A DNA stretch of 63,979 nucleotides, filler included, from Choristocarpus tenellus KU-1152 (lineage: Eukaryota > Protista > Phaeophyceae): NCBI GenBank assembly GCA_964200185.2. It is 15 parts of 15 records of this genome, joined end to end, with 100 filler letters (N's around TTAATTAATTAA, not from the genome) between each part and the next. Parts side by side here need not be neighbours in the genome. Positions count along the whole stretch, not along the records: positions 11,205 to 21,977 come from CAXNAD020002718.1; positions 22,078 to 24,681 come from CAXNAD020026361.1; positions 24,782 to 28,394 come from CAXNAD020018951.1; 12 more parts are not named here. The stretch is one strand, 5' to 3'. Positions 15,000 to 28,327 of the stretch are shown here, in pieces. A program made the translations under genes and the position numbers. Numbering within the stretch: the first letter of the stretch is position 1; each line of letters opens with the position of its first letter. The notes under the pieces were generated by a model. The model made no database searches, had not been told where the DNA came from, and saw only the letters and a program-made list of their open reading frames with translations.

Positions 15000-17900
15000 A
15001 ATGCCTAAAGCTCCTTGATCTGGAGGATGCCACCATCAGGAGTATTGACAGGGGAGTGACGTGTGACCTGTGACATGTGTAGAGGGGTGGTTTGTGCAAG
15101 ATACCAAGCACTTTGCTCTCTACAGAAGAAGCACACTGTCACTGGATACAAAAAATACAGGATATTTCTTGCATACCTTGTGCTCTTAAGGTGTAGTCTC
15201 ATTGTCTTGTTGCTTCGAAAGTACACGTGTACAGCCAATGATTTTTTTTTGGACATTACACAACCTTGACAATTTCTTCCAAGAAGAGCAGGGGATATCT
15301 TGTTCCAGCTCTTGCTCGAGCTGTGTCAGCAGATGTCAGTATGGGGAGTGAGTTCTCACTGGTCCCATTAAGCTAGGTTTGGTTTTTTGTGAAAGACCTT
15401 TGCGCATTTTTTGGTTGTTTGTGGAGGAAGACCAGTTGGTTCCAAAGACCCTGGGTGTATTAATCTGATCTATATATTGCATGCGCCATAGTGGTAGGTG
15501 TTGTTCGTGTCTTTGTGTCTTGTCTATCTGTCTGTCTGTCTGTCTGTGTGTGTGTGTGTGTGTCTTGTGTAGTTTTAATCCTCTTGAGTTTGGGATCGTA
15601 CAAAGGTGTGCTTGTGTTGATCAACTGAATGAATACCCAGGCATTGTCGCACAAGTGCAAACATGTTGCAGTACAGTATATATACAGTATATATACAGTA
15701 CATACAGTACACGTTGCTAGACATTTTACGTTGTTCATTCGATTCAATCCTTCCTTTCCAACAGCACACAAACTCACCCCAATTCAGCTGTGTAAGAATG
15801 GGCCTGCTTTGAGGAGCCCTGAAAGTGAGCTCGCTGACTGCATTGGGTGGGTGATGGAAGACTCTGTCTGACCATATTTACTTGGGAGTACGTTGTAGAA
15901 CTAAACGCTAGGTCCATTAATTTCTCTTCCTTTAAGCATACCCGAACCTAGGGTGAGGACAAGGATTACAGGCAAACTCTCAAATTTGGTGTTGCATCTG
16001 AAGTTGAAGTGGAATCTAAACACTTGGGTGTAGATGTGTTCCTCAAACCATAATTTCTTTTTCTTTTAGTGCAGAAAACGGTTGAAAGAAAGACATGCAA
16101 CTTGAATCGCGTTTGTGATGTGTTGTGACCCAAGGGGTGCTGTAACTGCTTGAAAGGTTCCTACTTGTCTCTGGTTTCTCTTACTGATCTTAATTGTTAT
16201 TTTTGTGTGAATTTCAACCTCATTCAAGTATTAACAAGATCTTGAAATCGACTTTTTCTCAGCAGGGTGTTCCTTTGTTGATGGTGTCCTACAATTGTAT
16301 GAGACCTTCTTGTCACCCTTCCAGTAGAGCACCACATTGCCATCACTGAATTTAGACTCTCTTGGGACCCTGACAACCAATATTGTAGTGTGTTGCTCTG
16401 TCAAAATTAGTGTTTGTCCAACAAGTTGTTTGCAATGAAATCATCTTCTCTCTCTATTGTCATCCTTTTTAGGACATGAAAAACTGTCACCTGTCCCAAA
16501 GACATGCCCCAACATTCTTGATTTTTATCTTTGTTTTTAAAAGAATGGTAGAGACCTTACTATTTAGCCGCCATTGTTTATTCTGTTAGCCTCATGAGCA
16601 GGATAGAATTTTTCTGATGGAGAGTTGCCACGCCTGAGTTTTTGAGGAAGATGTCTAGTTGGTTTTCAATCTTGAACAAGTTCAAATCATGTATGCAGTC
16701 AATCTGCTTTGAAGCATGAAGCTGTGGACCAGTGTCATCGTCCATGATTTGTGACATGTGCCCCCTTCGTCTCCCAATTTCTGAAATGTTTTCATTAACT
16801 TCTTAACTGAACAAGGAAGATCAAATTTGAGGTGCCACAATCTCGTCTAGTGCCACAGCCTGATTTTGTTTCTTTGCAAGGGGGTTGATTAAAGATATGA
16901 TGAAAGAGGCCAAACTGTTGATAGTTGTAACTGATGTTAGAACAAGAGACCATCAGCCTTAGAAATTTGGTGTATTTATGAATGTTTTTTTCATGGCATT
17001 GCCAGGAAAGGTTAAGCAGAGTGTATATGGACTTGGAAGTATACCGGTCATGTAAACTACCTACAATCAAAAGAGGGACGTCATTAGGGAGTAAAGTGTG
17101 GACATCACTTTGACCTATGGGAGGCCCCCATTCCAACAAAAGCAAATAAAGATAGTTTTTCATTTTCGGTTGTATTTTGTTGGTCATCCATAACTCACAT
17201 TAATAAAATGAAAGGCATGTCTAAAGGAAAGGCGTGTGTGTGATTTGTCTACACCATAAAACAATTGTCAAGGGGACCATCAGGTACATGGAGAAGGTTT
17301 CAACATCCCACAATATGTGCTCCTGTTCATGGTTTGACAATGATGTTGCTATTTGGTGCATGACATTGGTTGTGCCAAGTAGTGATCATGTCACGGAATG
17401 GAAATTGTAATCTTCAACATACCGTAACATAAAGCCAAAAAATGTACCATTTACATAGCATATCAATCTATCAGGACAACCACCTCCAGTTGAAAGTTGA
17501 TATATAAGAAAGTTTGAGGGATGTGTGATTCATTAGGTATGAAGGGACAAGAGAGAAAAAATGAGGCTAGGGGCACAGTGAAGCAACTGTACCATGGCTG
17601 GACAAGGGAGCATACCTCAACATCCAAAACATTCTACTCAGATTTCTCCACTCACATGGAGTAATACAAGTACACTCCAGACCACTTCAAAAAGATCCCT
17701 TTGTCGCACCACTTCCACTCACCCCCCACTGCATCCATTGCTGTAGAGTATGTAAAAATAACACCCGACTCTGGGTGGCATTACAATTTATAGATGTGTG
17801 GGGGGTTCAAAAGGTCGTGACAATTTTCCTCCTTGTTGGGTGTGATGCACTTGGCTCATGAATTTCAGTGCCACGTACTTGTTGAGGCCATTTTAATGTC

Positions 17901-18180
17901 TTAGAGAAACAAACCTATGGGGGTAGTAACACCCTTGATGGGAGGTCTTGAAAATAGAAGGTGATCAAGCTCCATTTATTTCCCTGGCACTGACATAAGA
18001 GAGTAAGGTGATTAGAGATCACGAGTTGATAGAAGAGGAATTCAACTTTTCAAGATACTACAAAAAAAACATTGCCGTGTGGCATTCTAACATCATCCAG
18101 GCGCACTCTTTTTCAAAGATGAAAATGCAGCCCAAAATCTCTATATAGCCCTCATCATTTATTGAAAACCCTAGACTCAT

Positions 18181-20642
18181 TTAGCCGCCATCATCATCCA
18201 GGGCTATCACAGTCTGGGTCTTGCCCTGATTTCGACATGCTGGTCTACTGCGGTGACTCAGCTCTTGGACCCCATCAACATCCAGTGTTGCGGAATGTGA
18301 ACTGCATTCTAGGAAGGCATCAGGCACCCCACCCGCTGTAGTTGGCATTCTGAATAATATGTCTTTAAGAGTTTTGATCTCGTCTTCCACACCCTTAGCA
18401 AGAGACCCAATGTCTTGGTCTTGTTGGTTTGCCCTCCCCTGACCTGCCTCCCCATGAGCTGGGTCCTTGAATGCCTCAGGGCTAAGTGCTTGTAAGCGTG
18501 CGATCAGTTTTCGAAAATATCCTTGGACCTGAAACAAGCATAGCAAACCCATAAAGAAATGATGCCATGGGGGGAGTTGTTGGGTGGTGAGTTCTTAATA
18601 TCAACACAAGGGACACTCACCAAACTTTGTCATTGAGGGTTAACACAAAAAGCAAGATGCGATGTGGATGGTAATTGCTGGTGAGTGTTTTTTTTTTACT
18701 TGCCTGAGGGCGTACATCTCGGTACCACTTCATAATATCTCGCTCAAGGAAGAGAAGCTGAACTGCTTTCTCTCTAAAGGTGGTCATGTTTGGCGAAGCA
18801 GCGGCTTGTCCTGTGCAGAGATCTACAATAGCACCACGGAAGACCCTGCAGCCCTCTTTCCGATCAAGTAAGAAGGACTGCATTGGGGTGGGACAAGGTT
18901 CAGAAGGCGTTTCACTCAATGTCTGATTGACAAAGCAATAACATCAATGGGCGAAAATATGTTAATGACTTGTGACAACATCAAAATGGTGTGTCCACCA
19001 GCAGACAAGAAACGGTTTCATTGCAGAGTGTGTACATCACAGTGAAGAGAACCTGCATTATGGTGCATGTATCGCTCGTTGCATGTAGTGGTTTGAATTG
19101 AGAAGGTCTACTATTGGTAGAGCATGCACAATGCTTACTAAGGCTATCCTGGCAATGCCAACCATTCCCATCTTACCTCCTGGAACTTTGCAACAATATC
19201 CCCATGCACAGTGAGCTCTGCTTGCTCTTGTCGCTCTCGCTCTAGGATTTTTTCCTTCTCCTTTTCAGACTCCAAGCGAGCCATATCAACATCATAGCTT
19301 TCCCTACGAACTTGAAGAGTTTGCAGTGCATGCACCAGTGCTGGTTGGAGTTGGTTTCCACAGAGCCTCAGGCTCTGCACCGCATCTTGAACTGGTATTC
19401 CACGGTTCTGGAGAGAAGCTACAAGAGGAGTTTCCTCCGGAGTTGGTCGAAGCATGTCATCATCCTTTTCCTCCTTGACTTCTTCATTTGCATTGGCCTC
19501 AGCAATTCCCACAATGCCTACAGCGAAGAAAAGAGGATTGTCAACAAATGTGTACATGACCTCACCACCTCTGCAATGTGACACAGCTAATGGCATGTCA
19601 CCTTCCTGCTATACTCTAACACCGCCAACTAAACAAAGAGAAGCATATTGTATTGTATTATATGCTTGCATGGGAACCTTAACGGAAAACCTGTGAATGC
19701 TGGGTTGATAGGGGGTGGTAAATGCAGGAGGCAAGTTCCCGTATCTTCAAAATGTAGCCGTGGACGGTGCTTTGACTTACCCTGACTCGCAGGAGTTGGA
19801 ACTTGACGAGATACTGGAGGTGAAACAATCGATCCGTTAAAAAACTGTTGACTTTGGACAGCGAATGGATCATGTTTCATCACTCGGCCACTCGGGTTTA
19901 TGTGCAAACCAAAGTTGCCCCCAAAACCGCTGGATTGATCCTGAAAAGAGGGAGGTATGCAACCCATGCTGCCGTACCCCATTGGAAGGCCGGTCATGCC
20001 TGGTAAGATAGTCCCCGGAACCATCCCTCTCGAGACCATATTCCCAGGCAACACGCCACCCGGCAACATATCTCTCGACGTGAGACCAGTCGGAATGATA
20101 CTGGTTGGAAGGACACCTCTTGGTATCATTTGCGGAGGCATCATGCCCCCTAACCTTCTCCCTGGGATGCCTGTTAGCATTGATATTAACTCCTCCTGTG
20201 ATACCGTGGATGTAGTACCCGAGGAAAATGGTCTTCCGTGAGCAACAGGGGCTGCTGTGGCTTCCGTGTCGGAGGCAAAAGGTGTCCTGGGAGTAACCGT
20301 AGTTGCTGTCGATGATCCCATGCTAAAAACGGGTGTAACGCAAGCATGGGGAGCTGATGCGTACCCCATAGCTGGGGAAATAGGCAACAAACATGTCAGT
20401 GGAGCTTCGATCGACCCAACGCCTGAGCCAGTGGGCACAGTGCCTACAGCAGAGGGGGCAGCACCTGGTCCTATGGGGGGAGGTCGCGTTTCCACTATCT
20501 CGCAGAAGTCGCTGCCATCACTGTCTGAGTCGGGAGCTGTTTTTCCAGCTGAGGGCGGAATTGATTTCTGAGTTCTCCTCCCTATAACTGCCCGTTCGGT
20601 GCTCAAACAAGGGCGCGTTGCCTTGCGTTTCCTGCGCTCCAT
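18181..20642 (-). CDS. Complete 4-exon protein of unknown function: Pro/Gly/Met low-complexity N-terminus, UBA-like motif, coiled coil; exons 20642-19781, 19517-19177, 18922-18716, 18528-18181
   Basis: Four ORFs join in phase at GT-AG sites. LQNRGIPVQDAVQSLRLCGNQLQPALVHAL fits a UBA-type helix pattern. Confidence 0.8.
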
Positions 20643-22111
20643 GTTTTGATGTGTTGAGTGTTAGTCTGCACGTTTTATCGACTATTGTTCCACACCTTGC
20701 GGAGGCGGTTTGTTTGTTACAACTCAAGTTACGTATTTTTGATGGGTTGCCCACAAATTGTTTGAGACGGAAACACGATTAACATGTCTCAGAAAAAAAA
20801 TATGTATAATTGAATAGTAGTGGTTTCCACGCAATGTCTTACAGTATTCTTATGTTTAGGACATTATATATACACATATGTATATAGTTTTCATTGGTTT
20901 CCCCCTGACACATCTGCAAAATATCAGAGGGCATAATAATAAAATAGTAAGGAGTAATTGAAATGTTATCTTTTTGAACAGTAATCTCATTGATATTTGA
21001 TTGAACGACGTTTCATATTTTACCACAAAAAAAAGGGGCTTAGGGTAGAGGTGTAAGATAGGTGGTACGTTCGTTGCGAACAGTCACACATTTTCCTTCT
21101 TCCCATTCATTACAAAACAACAGCGACACATACCATTATAGCTACATGGTAACGTAGAAGGTATTTATTAAAATGGAAAGAAAACACATACATGAATGAA
21201 GGACATCGAGGTCAAAGATGTGCCAAACGCCACAGACACGATGATATGTAATAATAGGTGAATCCTTGAGGAATAATGATAAAAAGGAAGGGGGGGGTGC
21301 ACCATAACAAGAAGAGCGCATTATGGCCTCAAGTCAATCAGCAGAAAAACCCGAATGTGAGAGACCAAAATCAAATTTGTAATGCGTTCTTTGAGAAAGG
21401 TTAGAATTACAATTAGTATACTACTTACTAAGTATTTATTATTGTATACACATGAATTATAGTGGGACAAAAAAAATATATCCCCCCAATGAACGAAGTC
21501 CTAATAATATAAATCGTGTGGTTCTGTGGGGGTGTGGTTCACTCAGCCAAGGGCGGTGAAGAGAATGACCGGGCAAGACGGACCAGACGGACCAGACGAA
21601 CCAAGACGAACCGTAACCGAGAGGATGAGGTTAAGGTTGGACGAGTGCAAGACTGCAAGGACTTCTAGGAAATTGTGGAGTGATGAGAATATTATGAGAG
21701 TGGGATCATCAGAAAAGTCAAGACGTGACAGCAAAGAGAATCTTTGATGTGTGACATCTCTGGTTGAAGAGAAGTCCACCACTTGTGGGATTGGTCTCTT
21801 GAAAGATTCCACACCTCAAATATTCGTAAAATCCTCCACTGGAATCGGAGATTCCTGACAAGGAGACCTCATTCGGTACAATGGTATATGACAGACGGCA
21901 ATAGCTTAAAAATAACAAACCTACTGTCCACAATAGGCAGTTTAAATACTGATTTAGACCCAAAGTATCTGGGGGGGNNNNNNNNNNNNNNNNNNNNNNN
22001 NNNNNNNNNNNNNNNNNNNNNTTAATTAATTAANNNNNNNNNNNNNNNNNNNNNNNNNNNNNNNNNNNNNNNNNNNNCCCCCATACAGCAGTATCCCCCA
22101 CCACCCTGCAG

Positions 22112-22906
22112 TGCTCATCACTTGCCATAATGAAGTACTCACAATCCCCCATGCCGAGCATCTCCTTATGCAGACTGAACAACCCACAAGGGGTAGTCCC
22201 TTCTTCTATTCCCCTTTCCCTTCGCCACCCGGCCCCTCCCCCTCCCCCTCCCCCTCCCCCTCTCCCTCTCCCTCCTTACCAAAGTGTAGCGCATCAACGC
22301 TCTAGAAGAGGGGACAATCTTGATCAAGGAGGTTTATCTTCCCAGGAGGATGGAGATGATGATGATGGTGATGCAGGGAAAGGGGAGGGTGATGAATTAA
22401 TTGAGGATTGTAGTGATGTTAACGTTGGAAGTGGAGACACAAGGCAACAAGATAAGGACCAGTGGCTGAGTTCAGTGGTCTCCCCAGCAGAATTGTCTGG
22501 TAGTATTCTTGAAGGGATATTGCCTAGCATGTCTTCCCTTGCAGCAATGGATGACATACACGTTGCTCTCAGCAGGCAGAATTATGGAGGTGGAGGTGGT
22601 AATAGTTTTGCTAGAAAGGGGGCTATTGGCAACAGGTCCGTTTTTGAGGTGGGGATCCAGACTCCTCTTGATGGAAGGAACAGGAAGGGAAGTCGGAAGG
22701 GAGGTAAGGGAAAGAGCAAACTCAAAAAGAGTCGCTGGATGATAGGGAGGGGAGACGGGGGGCAGGGAAGGGGTGGGGGGAGGGAATTGTATATTGTGCT
22801 GGAAGGATCACTGCAATCGGTTGGACAAGCTCGAGGGGTATTAGCGCTTGCTGAGGAGACAGCGGAAAGGGGGCAGGAATGCGGTTTGTTGGAAGTATCA
22901 AGCTGA
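22112..22906 (+). CDS. Probable terminal exon of an unknown low-complexity protein, possible KH-like C-terminus
   Basis: 258-aa open frame after a ctgcag acceptor; poly-Pro, acidic and basic tracts; ELYIVLEGSLQSVGQARGVL resembles the final strand-helix of a KH domain (weak). Confidence 0.6.
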   Translation, partial: CSSLAIMKYSQSPMPSISLCRLNNPQGVVPSSIPLSLRHPAPPPPPPPPPLPLPPYQSVAHQRSRRGDNLDQGGLSSQEDGDDDDGDAGKGEGDELIEDCSDVNVGSGDTRQQDKDQWLSSVVSPAELSGSILEGILPSMSSLAAMDDIHVALSRQNYGGGGGNSFARKGAIGNRSVFEVGIQTPLDGRNRKGSRKGGKGKSKLKKSRWMIGRGDGGQGRGGGRELYIVLEGSLQSVGQARGVLALAEETAERGQECGLLEVSS

Positions 22907-24361
22907 GTTGCTCTTGTGTTGATGTGGTATGGTCACCTGAGGTTCATTTATTTTCCATCTGGGATTGGTTCGTGTTCTGAAGTGTTTGAAAGGTTAGAAG
23001 AAAAGGCAAAGTTTTGTGGAGATGATTGGCAGGGGAGAAAAAGGTTTAATTAATTCTTACAAAATTTTGGGGCTGTTGGTGCAGGGGTGGGGAAGGGAGG
23101 ACGGGGGAATGTAGACAGGGATACTATGTGTGGTAGACTGTTTGCCTGATGGTGAATTTTGGGATGTAGTGGTGGCCAGCAACTCATTTTCTTGGAGTCA
23201 GTTGTATTTGGGGTTGTATGCAGTGGATACATGAGTACCGTAGTTTATGAGATTGAAATATTTCGATTTTGTTTTTGTATTTAGTATGTTCGTTTTCAGA
23301 TGGAAGAGTATTATCTGTATTGTAACAGCATGCTTCAAACTCTTTTTTTATTTTGCTGTATCACTTCTTTGCCTTGAATTTATTATCCCTGCAGTCTTTT
23401 CGTTGGGAACTTCTCCAGTTTTCACTACCAGTAGTAGCATCTGGGGGGCATATGAACAAGTTTTCTTGTTACAACTTGTGCCCAGTCTATATACCCTTAA
23501 CTATCTTGACGTGGTGGCTGTGGTGTTAAAAAAACATTGGGCTAGTTGCCCTGACTTGTCCTTGGCTTTTTGGTCACAAAATATCCAAAGTTACCAAAGA
23601 TATAATATTGTGTATGGAGAAGGAAGTCACATAAACCAATCAAGATCGATCTACGAGGCATTCACAGCCTCGTGATATGAAGGGCCAGAACTTTGCCTTC
23701 TTCAGTGCATGTCGTGCTTCAGGGCGATTCTATTGATCCCCATTGATTCGAGCGCACCTCGCAACACCTGCCGCACAAGGGCAGGGTCACACAATGCGCC
23801 CATTGTTGCCGAGTGGCCGAAAGGAAAAGCTGAGCATCCCGAGGTGATTAGTGCCCTCGAGGAATTGCCGAGCGTCGCGAGATGGTCGTGAGGAAACGTC
23901 GAGCACTGTGAGGAAGCTTACGACCGAAAAAAACGGTGTGTGTATTTTCAATAAGGTATCTGATTGCAATCCTGTCCTTGAAACGATAAGAATTGTCATG
24001 ATCCGTGACTATTTTTTCGGTAGCTTTTCAAAGTACAATATGTTGAAATATTCCAAACTGGATCGGGGTTGTGTGTCTTGATAGAGAGGACAACAAGTGG
24101 GTTGCTGTATATATGCAATATTCTGTTACAAGAAGAGGCTTGTGGTGTCAATTCCACTGATTGAACTTGTCGGGTGAGACAAAACACTACCATAATAATC
24201 AGAAAATAATACTATCTTACATATCATATTATTATATATGATATCTACATATATATCGTATGTATTATATATGATATATCAATGGATAATCTAACATCAG
24301 ATCCCTACAATACATGGAAGTTCGGTAGAGGTCGACTGAAATATATGGAAACATACATCTG

Positions 24362-24548
24362 GGCTCAAAGTATCTGGGAGGGGGGAATCTACACCAGGGT
24401 GTCCATTCGGGACCTGACCAAGAGGAGTGTGCTTACATTATCCATCCGATGCATGCAACCAAATCACCCAAAAATTGCGACATCATGGGAAAATGGGCCC
24501 CGTATGGGCAGACGCCACCCGCTGAGCGGCTCCCAGATACTTTGAGGC
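24362..24548 (+). mobile_element. MITE family A, full copy (~187 bp)
   Basis: TIR GGCTCAAAGTATCTGGGAG ... CTCCCAGATACTTTGAGGC; flanks ctg/atg. Confidence 0.9.
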
Positions 24549-24808
24549 ATGCTTCCATTTCTTTATTATGCTGTTGCTTTGAATGGCACATTGTATACTC
24601 CAGAATGTTTTATTGGATCAAAGTATCTGGGGGGGTGTGTCGGCGTCCGTTTTTCGCCCTTTTTTCGATTTTCACTTTTTGNNNNNNNNNNNNNNNNNNN
24701 NNNNNNNNNNNNNNNNNNNNNNNNNTTAATTAATTAANNNNNNNNNNNNNNNNNNNNNNNNNNNNNNNNNNNNNNNNNNNNCCCCCCCCCTTTTTTTGCG
24801 GGGAGAAC

Positions 24809-24845
<37 letters not shown>

Positions 24846-25124
24846 CGCGCGCACGTGAGGTCTCTAGTACACTACCAATTGCTCTGGATCACATTTGTGG
24901 CGGACCTGTTCCTCTCAGAGTTCTACAAATGCGAATGAAATCTTCCTGTTCCAAACCCTTTTCTTGCTAGGAAGAGCCACGCAAACGTAGAGATGGAAAT
25001 ATTTTGAAGATTTCACAGTCTTTTCTTTCTTACAACCCCTGTAAAATAGATGCTGTTTCCATGTTATACAAGTGCAATAGGAACCCCTTCTCCCCCCCCC
25101 CCAAAAAAACCCTAAGGTGGTACT

Positions 25125-25312
25125 GGCTAAAGTATCTAGGGAGGGGGAGGGGGCGGGGGGTCTATACCAGGGTGTCCGTTTGGGCCCTGACCAGGAATTT
25201 TGCACTTACATTATCCATCCGAGACATGCAACCAAATCACACAAAAATTGCTACATGAAAAAATGGGCCACAAATGGACAGCCGTCACCCCCCCCCTCAG
25301 ATACTTTGAGCC
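25125..25312 (+). mobile_element. MITE family A, full copy with ACT target-site duplication
   Basis: act|GGCTAAAGTATCT...AGATACTTTGAGCC|act. Confidence 0.92.
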
Positions 25313-25737
25313 ACTATAAAAGAGAGACTGACCGAATTTGAGCAAAGGCCCTTTTTGTATTGTACAAGAAGGAACCCAAATCCCATCTGCTGTGGTGCTC
25401 TTCTATCTATCCGAATTTTTGCACCACCCACTGTTGCCTGAATGAACCTGCTCTCTCTGTCAGTCAAGAGTATATCTTTCTATCGAGTACTTATTGGGAG
25501 ATAATAGAAAAAGAGAATCAAAGATAAGCGCCCTGGAGCTACTCCATTGCATGTCAAAATAAAATAATATAAAATAATACTACTTGTTGGACAACCATCC
25601 ACACTTTGTCTTACACCAAAAAGCGCCCACTCCACTCTTTTGTAGGGCATCACTGGTATGGAGGCACTATTCACTCGTTCCGATGAAGCAACTCTCCTTC
25701 CACCAGAGTTGCACACACAATATACTCAAATGCACAG

Positions 25738-28327
25738 CCCCAGCCAGGGACAGACAGTCACACCTACTCACGGGCTGATAAATGTGGTGATACAATATTA
25801 CCGTCCTAAGGACAAGCGGAGAGCATATGAGGTGGGTCACAAGCAAGAGGTTTTTGTATTGTAATCTGGGATGTGACTATTTTATTGTCTGTTGAAGATG
25901 TGTTCTCTACATCTATTCATTGTGTGGAAATTGAACAGCTGAGAGAGCTCCAGGGTATGCCCGTTGGTCCAGTGGAGGGACGTAAACCATGGGTTTTACT
26001 GGGGTCAAAGTATTGGAGGGGGGATGCCGGCGTCCGTTCTTCACCCTGACATCAGAAAGTAAGGAAAGGAACACATCGGAGATGTACTAGAGTGAGTGGG
26101 CAAAGATGTCTATTTGATATATGGGCAATCTCAAACCGTTTCTGCCTGTTACTCATATCTCATGTAACAATATATTTTTTTATTAATATCTCCAATTCGT
26201 GTACAACCCGTACTATTCAATTGGGGAAAGTAAGGGAATAGAAGTACACAGTCGAAGGTTGACTTGAGATAACCAGCTACTGTTCCCCTTGCTATCGTTT
26301 CTTGAAGCTGGATCTCTGTCTTCAACGAAACCTGATGAATCCCTATGTGGGGAAGGTGCACATTGCACTGGAAGGGTGCTTAGAGTGCGAAGAGGCTACT
26401 GGACGGCGCAATCAGTCGTTTCAAGGCAAGGGAAAGTTATCCCGTGATGAAGACACACTTTTTCCTGTGCTTTCTCAACTGGATAGTGTTTATGCAGGTG
26501 TGTATGTGTTTTTTGCTGTAAATCTCACCTTTGTGAATTGCCATGAAGGTGCTCTGGCACGGCTTCATATGAATAAATGGTTAATAGGTTGAGGGGATTA
26601 ATAGGTTGAGGGGAGTTAGAGAACACCTCACTGCTCGCATCTCTGCAATCGTCCAATGTTGTGATGCATGGATTAAACCTCCTTAAAGTGTGTTCTTTGA
26701 GTGGATCTAACCCCCTCAAACCGTCGCAGATGGTGGACGTTCTTTCTGTATTGTCACTTCTGATCGAGAAAGGGACTTTTCCACAAGTCTGAGTAGTCAG
26801 CTACCACCACGCTGCAGGCAATTGCCTAAAAGTATCTGGGGGCGGGGGCGGGGGATCTACACCAGGGTGTCCATTTGGGCCCTGACCAGGAATTTTGCAC
26901 TTACATTATCCATCCGAGACATGCACCAAATCACACAAAAATTGCTACATGAAAAAATTGGCCACAAATGGACAGCCGTCACCCCCCCCCCTCGGATACT
27001 TTGAGCCATTCACCATCCTCAGGACTGGACATAGCAAAGAGGCTCAAAGTATCTGTGGGGAGGGGTGGAGGGGTCTACACTGGGGTGTCCATTCGGACCC
27101 TGACCAGGAAAAGTGCACTTACAGTATCCATCTATGCATCTATGCATAGATAAAACTACAAAGGGCTTCAAAGTTTTGGAAGGCCTTTAGAGCCTCTGTG
27201 GACACTGCAGTACACGAGGTAGTAGAGGAGCAAAAATATTTCCCCCATGACTGATTAACGTATGGAAACCCTAACCACAATACAGATAAGGCTGTTGTGG
27301 TGAGGGATCTGGACCACCGAATGACCTTCCAGGATGCCTTGTCTTACAGCAATCGTGAGCTCAACGGAGAGGTTTGCTCAACAACAGCCCTCAAAACTCA
27401 ACTCTTACCCACCCTACACACTTGAGGGGCAGAGGGCAACTTGGGGCATGGTCAATTCTGCAAGTATTTAGTATGTCCAATTTTGAATTGTTGTGTGGAA
27501 TGCTCTGTTCTTCCATGCAAGATATATATATATATATATATACATATATTTAGTCCATCCTTTTGGTATCCTCAACAATATGCATAGTCATCATAAAGTA
27601 ATGTGACATAGATTAGGTTGGCGCACTTGATGTGAACTTTGAGGTACTTTCATTGTCTGAAGTGATAGGGTCCTGTTTTGTGCCCCATCAAGCTTGACAC
27701 AATGTCGATCGCATGAGGGCCAATATTCAGAGTAGGTTTGTGGTTATAGTATCTGCAAGGTCTCAAATTGGCTGACATGTCCGACTCCTTGCAATCATGA
27801 TGCTGATTCTATCTATTGATCCTATTCAGTGTATTGATCGACATACACTGAATAGGATTTTCTGGGTGGATTTTGGTGCTAATATCTTCTTCCCCCAATC
27901 AATTTTTTCGTGGCTTGCTCAGATTGTGATCCTTGCCAATGCGGATATCTTCTTTGATGAAAGCCTTGCCAGACTGGGCGATCCCACTATGCTGGACATG
28001 GAAAATAAGGTTAGGTATTCGTAGGCAATCTTGGGCTGTTTCCCAAATCAACGCACTGTGGAGCTCCATCACAAACTTTGAGTGCATAGACCATTCAAAA
28101 TGTACTTAGTAGGTATATATTCTGCCACCACGATGTTTTCTGTGTGATGGGGGCTGGTCAACATAGGTTTTTGCTCTTGCAAAATGGGAGAGCTCTGTCA
28201 ACGACTTAGGTCACGAGGACTCCCTCACCCTGGTGCCAAGAATAGACAGTCAAGACGCATGGGTTCTTCGGTCCCCAGTGCCAATTGCAGTACTGGAAGG
28301 TGCTGATTTTGAATTTGGCCGTCCAAG
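25738..28327 (+). CDS. Glycosyltransferase (GT-A)-like protein, partial; exons ~25738-25831, 26308-26497, 27286-27371, 27923-28009, 28167-28327
   Basis: Phase-compatible exons translate to QYYRPKDKRRAYE|LDLCLQRNLMNPYVGKVHIALE...RMTFQDALSYSNRELNGE|IVILANADIFFDESL...|VFALAKWE...RIDSQDAWVLRSP...DFEFGRPR; DxxxD-type acidic motif after a hydrophobic strand. Confidence 0.8.
26824..27007 (+). mobile_element. MITE family A, full intronic copy with ATT TSD; truncated second copy at 27041-~27150
   Basis: att|GCCTAAAAGTATCT...GGATACTTTGAGCC|att; interior nearly identical to 25125-25312. Confidence 0.92.

Noticed and set aside
24282-27153. Family of similar short ORFs (GIYTRVSI..LTR..ALTLSI)
   Set aside because: Chance translations of the non-coding MITE; frames and stops differ between copies.
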